DNA of 19,222 nucleotides from a virus (Duplodnaviria; Heunggongvirae; Uroviricota; Caudoviricetes): IMG/VR virus record IMGVR_UViG_2526164693_000012; one strand, 5' to 3'. Shown piece by piece: positions 14,348 to 19,222 of this stretch (position 1 is its first letter; each line of letters starts with the position of its first letter). The notes under the pieces were generated by a model. It saw only the letters and a program-made list of their open reading frames with translations, ran no database searches and was not told where the DNA came from. The position numbers and the translations under genes were made by a program.

Positions 14348-14437
14348 TTAAGATATCCTGTATTCAGATAACACGCTAAACTTTTTAATAATACATCTTT
14401 TTAGACATTTTAAATGAATATTAAAGACTCGCTTCAA
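14348..14437 (-). promoter_or_regulatory. AT-rich upstream region of lom, likely containing its moron promoter
   Basis: Markedly AT-rich 90-bp spacer between the upstream gene's stop and the lom ATG; hexamers not confidently assigned. Confidence 0.3.
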
Positions 14438-15055
14438 CTAATCATATACTGATGTATTAATAACCAGGACCTTATCTATATACGGCTTTCGAATATCCCA
14501 TGTTGCACCACCGGAATAATGCTCACAGGAATATATTTTATTTCCTGTAGCACCAGTGGATGTGGTATAAATCGGTCGATCATAAGGAGTTCTTTTCCAG
14601 TTATAATACCCGACCAGTGCAGGCATGATTGCGCATGGATATCCAAGGTCCTTTTCAAATTTGATATCAACAGGTATTAACTTCGCGTCAAGCAGCATCA
14701 TTTCGCCATGATAAATCATCTCACCGTCCGGGTTATACATGGCGATACCATACTCAGAAGGTGGAGTAACCATATTCGCGAAAGCATAAACCGTCGTAAC
14801 ACCAGGGTTCGTTCCCCTGACAATTACATGAAGCCTTAGTGCATGATATCCATCAATCTGTTCATGCGTGTACATGACATCGGCCTTCTTCTCTGTTCTG
14901 ATAAAGAAAAAACAACTTTTGCCTGACGGGATTGATGTTTTAAAAAAAGACTTTTCAGTCGCCGGTATGGTGCCTTTGTTGATCAGACACTGCGGCGTAA
15001 AACCTGGACTTATCCATACGCTGCCATCCGGCTTCATAATGCTCAAACCGTACAT
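14438..15055 (-). CDS. Hypothetical protein, 205 aa, two copies of a roughly 100-aa unit beginning YG-x-x-(I/M)-x-x-DG
   Basis: ORF with SD-like GGGGA; internal repeat starts MYGLSIMKPDGS and EYGIAMYNPDGE; paralogous to the adjacent 92-aa gene. Confidence 0.6.
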   Translation of the reverse strand: MYGLSIMKPDGSVWISPGFTPQCLINKGTIPATEKSFFKTSIPSGKSCFFFIRTEKKADVMYTHEQIDGYHALRLHVIVRGTNPGVTTVYAFANMVTPPSEYGIAMYNPDGEMIYHGEMMLLDAKLIPVDIKFEKDLGYPCAIMPALVGYYNWKRTPYDRPIYTTSTGATGNKIYSCEHYSGGATWDIRKPYIDKVLVINTSVYD

Positions 15056-15060
15056 AACAC

Positions 15061-15339
15061 TTATCCCCAGAATGTATAAATATAAGATCCCATACCCTGC
15101 TCAAGATTCGACCACGTCACCGTATTGTCATTAATGGTTATCTTCGGTACTTTCCGATCCGCAAATACATTATTCCAGGGAAATAAACAACATACAGCCT
15201 GCAATGATTTCCCGTCGGGTTTATTAGTGTACGTCTTTGAGCCAGACTCCGCTGTAAATCTGTCCAGGAAAAATACTGGAGTCAGCACGCCCGTAACATT
15301 AACGTTATTTCTGTTATAAATGGCAAAACCGTATTCCAA
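15061..15339 (-). CDS. Hypothetical protein, 92 aa, single copy of the same unit (MEYGFAIYNRNN...)
   Basis: Strong SD GGAGGTGA right after the stop of the J-like gene; its stop lies 5 nt before the next gene's ATG, in a different frame. Confidence 0.6.
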   Translation of the reverse strand: MEYGFAIYNRNNVNVTGVLTPVFFLDRFTAESGSKTYTNKPDGKSLQAVCCLFPWNNVFADRKVPKITINDNTVTWSNLEQGMGSYIYTFWG

Positions 15340-15353
15340 TACTCACCTCCTGA

Positions 15354-16622
15354 TCAGCGTAATCTGCCTATGCGAACAGCCAGTCGTCCATTCTGGTCAT
15401 AAACCTCAATTTTATCATTGCGGATCACCAGTCCTACATTCTGATTAGAGTAACGAATTGTCAGTTGCCCTTGTGACGTAACACTGAAAAGGCCTCCAAT
15501 ATTCAGGTTACCCTGAGAATCAACCTGAAAGTTTCCGTTCTGAATAACGGCACTCCGGATAACTGGCGAAGTGATACTTACCCCGGCTTTTACCTCATCC
15601 GCCACAACCTTCCGCGACACCAGTGTTTCAATCACCGCGTCATAAATCATCGCTTTCGGGATCACTACCTTGCCACCTGATACCGCAAACGGATAGGCTG
15701 TGTTATCCGGATTATTCGGGTCAAAGACAAACAACTGCGACGCAGAAATTGCAACCTGACTTACAGGCCTGCCTTCACTGTCTTTTCCGGCGACAATCCC
15801 GATCCCCGCAGTGATACCATCAACTCCCGCTTTTTTTGACCACATTGCAAGAAAAGCTTCACCGCCTTCTTTATCCAATTTAGTGATGCGCTTGTCGACC
15901 TCATTAAGCGATTCACTGGTTGACGAATCCAGTGTGCTAATGCGGGTTTCAATACCACCAATCGTTCTTGTCGTTTCTTCCCTGAGAGTCCCTACAACTT
16001 CGGTTGTCTTAATTGCAGCATCCTTTACAGCCTGCCCCTGCGCGTTTTTTATTTCTTTACGCAGCTCGGACACAACCGGCGACTTTGCAGCCTCATCGCG
16101 GATCTGGTCAATGATGGCCTTCACGCCGATCTGTGTTTGTGCCTGAGTGCCTTTTTCAGCATTCCATGGACCTTTCACTCCTGCCGCGTTAACAAAACGT
16201 ATCCAGTAAAATCCCGACCAGCCAGGGTCAACCGGATCGCCGTAAACCTGCCCCGGCGTCGTGGCAACCAGCACTGCATCAGCAAGGTCATCCTCCGTAC
16301 CCCGCCAGATTTCAGTCAGTGAATGTCCGCGATAATTAGGCATATCCCATTCAAGAAGAACCGAGCCAAATCCACCGGTCGCCTTAAAATTCAGCGGTTT
16401 TGTGGGAAAATCAACAGTCATTAAAGTACTGTCAATCTCAATACCCGGATTCAGTGCATATGAGGCACCACCCGATGTTCGACGCCGGGCGAGTTTAAGA
16501 CCAACCAGTTCCTCACGGGTCACAAATGCGTGACGTCCGTCACCACGCTGCCCGGTGCCAATTTCCATATTCTCCACAACAGTGGATAAATCCTTCCCCG
16601 CACGCCACGGTTTTCTGGTCAT
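15354..16622 (-). CDS. Tail tip / host-specificity protein, J-like C-terminal fibronectin-type and receptor-binding region, 422 aa
   Basis: Blocks FYWIRFVNAAGVKGPW and AMWSKKAGVDGITAGIGI...SQLFVFDPNNPDNTAYPFAV align with the C-terminal part of lambda J as recalled (YYFYIRSVNTVGKS; AMWAVK...VAGIGL...FIDPANGNETPMFVA); ATG overlaps the upstream stop (ATGA). Confidence 0.8.
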   Translation of the reverse strand: MTRKPWRAGKDLSTVVENMEIGTGQRGDGRHAFVTREELVGLKLARRRTSGGASYALNPGIEIDSTLMTVDFPTKPLNFKATGGFGSVLLEWDMPNYRGHSLTEIWRGTEDDLADAVLVATTPGQVYGDPVDPGWSGFYWIRFVNAAGVKGPWNAEKGTQAQTQIGVKAIIDQIRDEAAKSPVVSELRKEIKNAQGQAVKDAAIKTTEVVGTLREETTRTIGGIETRISTLDSSTSESLNEVDKRITKLDKEGGEAFLAMWSKKAGVDGITAGIGIVAGKDSEGRPVSQVAISASQLFVFDPNNPDNTAYPFAVSGGKVVIPKAMIYDAVIETLVSRKVVADEVKAGVSITSPVIRSAVIQNGNFQVDSQGNLNIGGLFSVTSQGQLTIRYSNQNVGLVIRNDKIEVYDQNGRLAVRIGRLR

Positions 16623-18244
16623 ACCGGCATCTCCGACATTGATGTACTCAGGGTTATTCGTTCCACCTGCCCGAATCCGGATACCATCACCTGCCAGTTT
16701 TGCCCGGTTGCTGCCGGAAGTCTCACCACACTTCCCTTAAACGTACCCGGCGCAAAATGAATCACAGGAACATCATCAGCCATAATGGTGATCCCCACCC
16801 GCTCAGGCGCCGGAGATTTCACCCTGATACAGGAAAAAGAGGTTCTTTCAGGTAATGAAAAAATTTTTGAATGCCACCTTATCGTGGAGGGCAGAGCCCC
16901 CCCGGCAAGCACTGACATTTTGTCTCCTGTCACCACGCGCATCATATCTTTCGCGAGATCAACCCATGCGCAGTCAAACGGTGTACTGAGATAACGGATA
17001 TCCATGTTCACCGGACTGAATACAAACACATCCTGCTTACCATCCGGTTTCGTGTAACAGGCAATGTATTCACCACGCCAGGGATAAGCCACAATGGAGG
17101 CCGGATTAAACTGACTCTGCCACTGTTCCGGTGAAACAATCTGTTCCGTCGCCAGCGCGACATTACCGTTTGCATCAACAGACACCAGGCCATTTGTTCC
17201 TGCATACAGCACAAAACCCTCCATCGCAACCATACTCCGCCTGCTCAGACACGCCTGCATTGAAGGGATTTTGGAACCAGAAATTGTGGACGGTGATACC
17301 CCACTGAACAAATAAGGCTCCCCCTTTGTCGCCACCACCAGTGACGTTCCCAGCGGACAGATAGCTACAATATCTTCTGCCGTCGTGTGACGATTCACTT
17401 CCGGCCATGCATACGGCAGATACGCTTCCGAAAACATCACTTCATTACCGGCAAACCCGGCGGCAATACCGTTAGCCATCAGGCAAAGGCCTGTCATATT
17501 CTCTGGCGGCGGCAGGTAATCCCATGTCGCCAGGGAAGGCCCAAGGTTTTTCGCCGGTATTTTGTCCGTGTAACTGAGCACGGATGCATCCAGTTCAGCC
17601 ACAAGTAAAAAATCCGCCTCCCCTCCACCTGATGCAGAGCGATAAATCCGGCGACGTTTAATACTGGCATTCTGCAATGGCACCGGAGCCAGCGTCAGTT
17701 GTACCGCAGTTCCCGGAGTACGGAGTGTTACCTCCAGAGACGCCGGACCTGGCGGACCTTCTTCACCATAATCTGAGACAAAGGTTTCCGTATAAAACCG
17801 GGTTTCATCATCATTCGGGTTATCGTCAGAAACATCACCGCCCTGCTGAACAGTACAGACAGGAGCTGTCGTCGGCGCGGGGATCCCCAGACGATACGAT
17901 GATGTCGGGTGATTCCCGTCCCCTTTTGTGGCAATAGTCGCATCCGTCACTTTAGGAAAACGCCCGTCAGTGTAGTAAATACGCCCGTGGGGGTCCTGAG
18001 CGATCGGACTGCGGATCACATCCACCACATCCGGCCATGCAAACCAGAAATCGTCACGGTAATGAAAAATTGTTTTTGGCTTAATTGTGAATGTTTTCTC
18101 AACCCCGGATATCTGACGTTCTGGTGTAATAACACCAAACCGGAAATGGCAGTCCTCCGCCAGTACAGCGGAATGCTCGGGCAGCATGGATGTCACAACG
18201 CGCGGCATCATCCCACGCATCGTGGTGATATCGATATAGGGCAT
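16619..18244 (-). CDS. Tail-tip associated protein, 541 aa, translationally coupled to the J-like C-terminal gene
   Basis: Start placed at ATG 18244 (SD AAGGA 6 nt upstream); the track's 18322 start is a GTG without SD. No clear similarity to the lambda J N-terminus in my reading. Confidence 0.65.
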   Translation of the reverse strand: MPYIDITTMRGMMPRVVTSMLPEHSAVLAEDCHFRFGVITPERQISGVEKTFTIKPKTIFHYRDDFWFAWPDVVDVIRSPIAQDPHGRIYYTDGRFPKVTDATIATKGDGNHPTSSYRLGIPAPTTAPVCTVQQGGDVSDDNPNDDETRFYTETFVSDYGEEGPPGPASLEVTLRTPGTAVQLTLAPVPLQNASIKRRRIYRSASGGGEADFLLVAELDASVLSYTDKIPAKNLGPSLATWDYLPPPENMTGLCLMANGIAAGFAGNEVMFSEAYLPYAWPEVNRHTTAEDIVAICPLGTSLVVATKGEPYLFSGVSPSTISGSKIPSMQACLSRRSMVAMEGFVLYAGTNGLVSVDANGNVALATEQIVSPEQWQSQFNPASIVAYPWRGEYIACYTKPDGKQDVFVFSPVNMDIRYLSTPFDCAWVDLAKDMMRVVTGDKMSVLAGGALPSTIRWHSKIFSLPERTSFSCIRVKSPAPERVGITIMADDVPVIHFAPGTFKGSVVRLPAATGQNWQVMVSGFGQVERITLSTSMSEMPV

Positions 18245-18399
18245 AGAAATTCCTTTGACTGCTTCAGGCTTAAAAATCAGGGGATTTATGATGGAATTCG
18301 CTAAAATCGCGATCGGCATCACTGAAACAAAATGCCTTGCATGACATTCTGATGATGACTAAATAACTTCATTGATTATTGCAATTTTCTTTCGGTTTG

Positions 18400-18424
18400 G
18401 GGGAGCATATTGCTCCCCTTTTTT
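18400..18424 (+). terminator. Plus-strand-only intrinsic terminator-like hairpin upstream of the tail-tip gene
   Basis: GGGGAGCA-TAT-TGCTCCCC followed by TTTTTT on the plus strand; on the minus strand the same hairpin is not followed by a T-tract. Confidence 0.35.
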
Positions 18425-18538
18425 CACTGCATTATCATTGCCGCTGTAGCAACGAGAAGCATCACTCCGCACACGCAAGATGTTTCACACTCACACCATA
18501 CAGTCCATTTTTCGCCATTCCCGTATACAGAAAGCTAT

Positions 18539-18820
18539 TCACTGTCTTCGTGTGAATTCCCATTTCACTGGCAAGGCGACATCATGTACCCCTTTCAATT
18601 TTTCCAGATTCAGCTGAATAAAACGGCGTCCCTGATACATACTGCGCATTAAATGGCCCAACTGACTATCACAGATTATTAACCAGGATTCTTTACTATC
18701 CAGAATAATCCTGCGATTTTCCGGCATAAAAAACTCTTGAACCAGAATTACACGGCATCCTTCACTCCATCGTATTAACATGTTTATTACTTCACTCTCT
18801 AATAACCCCCCCCTATACAT
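18539..18820 (-). CDS. Doubtful ORF, 93 codons, hypothetical
   Basis: ORF-track entry; its ATG abuts the T-tract of the upstream terminator with no SD; the internal ATG at 18781 has a weak SD. Confidence 0.3.
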   Translation of the reverse strand: MYRGGLLESEVINMLIRWSEGCRVILVQEFFMPENRRIILDSKESWLIICDSQLGHLMRSMYQGRRFIQLNLEKLKGVHDVALPVKWEFTRRQ

Positions 18821-18826
18821 GACAAC

Positions 18827-18853
18827 AAAAACCGGAGCCGGGCTCCGGTTTTT
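18827..18853. terminator. Bidirectional intrinsic terminator (CCGGAGC-CGG-GCTCCGG flanked by A-tract and T-tract)
   Basis: Perfect 7-bp stem with 3-nt loop at 18832-18848, AAAAA on one side and TTTTT on the other; 14 nt downstream of the stop of the edge gene. Confidence 0.5.
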
Positions 18854-18866
18854 GTGAAGCTGTCGG

Positions 18867-19222
18867 CTATTTCATCCCGCCAATATTTTCCCACGTCCCG
18901 TCAGCACGCAGGATTTGCAGCGGTCTTACCACACACTGTATCTGCTTTTTATCTGCATCCAGTATCACCACCTGTGTGATTACCCTGTCCTGCTCCGGAA
19001 TAATGCCATTCTCATCTGACTCCAGAATGTCTGCCGGTCCCAGTCGCAGTTGTGCTGTAAGCGACTGCCCGTTTTCACAGTCATCATGCTTTCCGCAACC
19101 GCACAGACTCTGCATAAGCTTTCTCAAAATATTCATGTCATTCTCCTGTTCTGCCTGTATCACTGCCCACTTCATCCAGCCCCTAACCAGTTTCAGCATA
19201 TTCTGGTATAATTCCAAACGTT
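18867..19222 (-). CDS. 3' part of a gene truncated by the window edge (at least 116 codons), hypothetical
   Basis: The track's start at 19217 is a TTG and the frame stays open to the window end, so the true start probably lies beyond 19222; contains a Cys cluster CGCGKHDDC. Confidence 0.45.
   Translation of the reverse strand, partial: RLELYQNMLKLVRGWMKWAVIQAEQENDMNILRKLMQSLCGCGKHDDCENGQSLTAQLRLGPADILESDENGIIPEQDRVITQVVILDADKKQIQCVVRPLQILRADGTWENIGGMK

Noticed and set aside
18410-18652. Plus-strand 80-codon ORF
   Set aside because: Begins inside the terminator hairpin, has no SD, and overlaps the minus-strand 93-codon ORF.
1-19222. tRNA, rRNA, CRISPR array, integrase or attachment site
   Set aside because: No tRNA-like T-arm/acceptor pattern, no regularly spaced direct repeats and no recombinase-like ORF were seen; a prophage boundary may lie near 1.1-1.6 kb but no att repeat can be identified from one end alone.

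Overview
The window reads as the distal part of a lambdoid prophage late region from an Enterobacteriaceae-like genome, transcribed on the minus strand, with plus-strand cargo genes at the left end. Going from high to low coordinates on the minus strand: a gene truncated by the window edge, a doubtful 93-codon ORF, a translationally coupled tail-tip pair whose second member has a C-terminal half recognisably like the C-terminal region of lambda J, two small paralogous genes, a lom (Ail/Lom/OmpX family) moron, a 46-codon hok-family toxin gene missing from the ORF track, a 133-aa moron with its own terminator, and a tightly coupled five-gene block ending in a giant 2,793-codon gene (1595..9976) with two HExxH zincin-like motifs. 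On the plus strand at the left end are the 3' end of an unidentified gene with a coupled 27-codon hydrophobic ORF, a mok/hok (HokD/Gef-like) type I toxin locus and a YgiW/YdeI (BOF) family secreted protein. No rRNA, tRNA or CRISPR array was found. Almost all plus-strand ORFs in the track between 1.6 and 18.3 kb are shadows of minus-strand genes. The giant-gene block is the least explained part and the main candidate for an uncharacterised system; I cannot assign its function from sequence alone. All calls rest on reading the sequence and recalled family signatures, with no database search.
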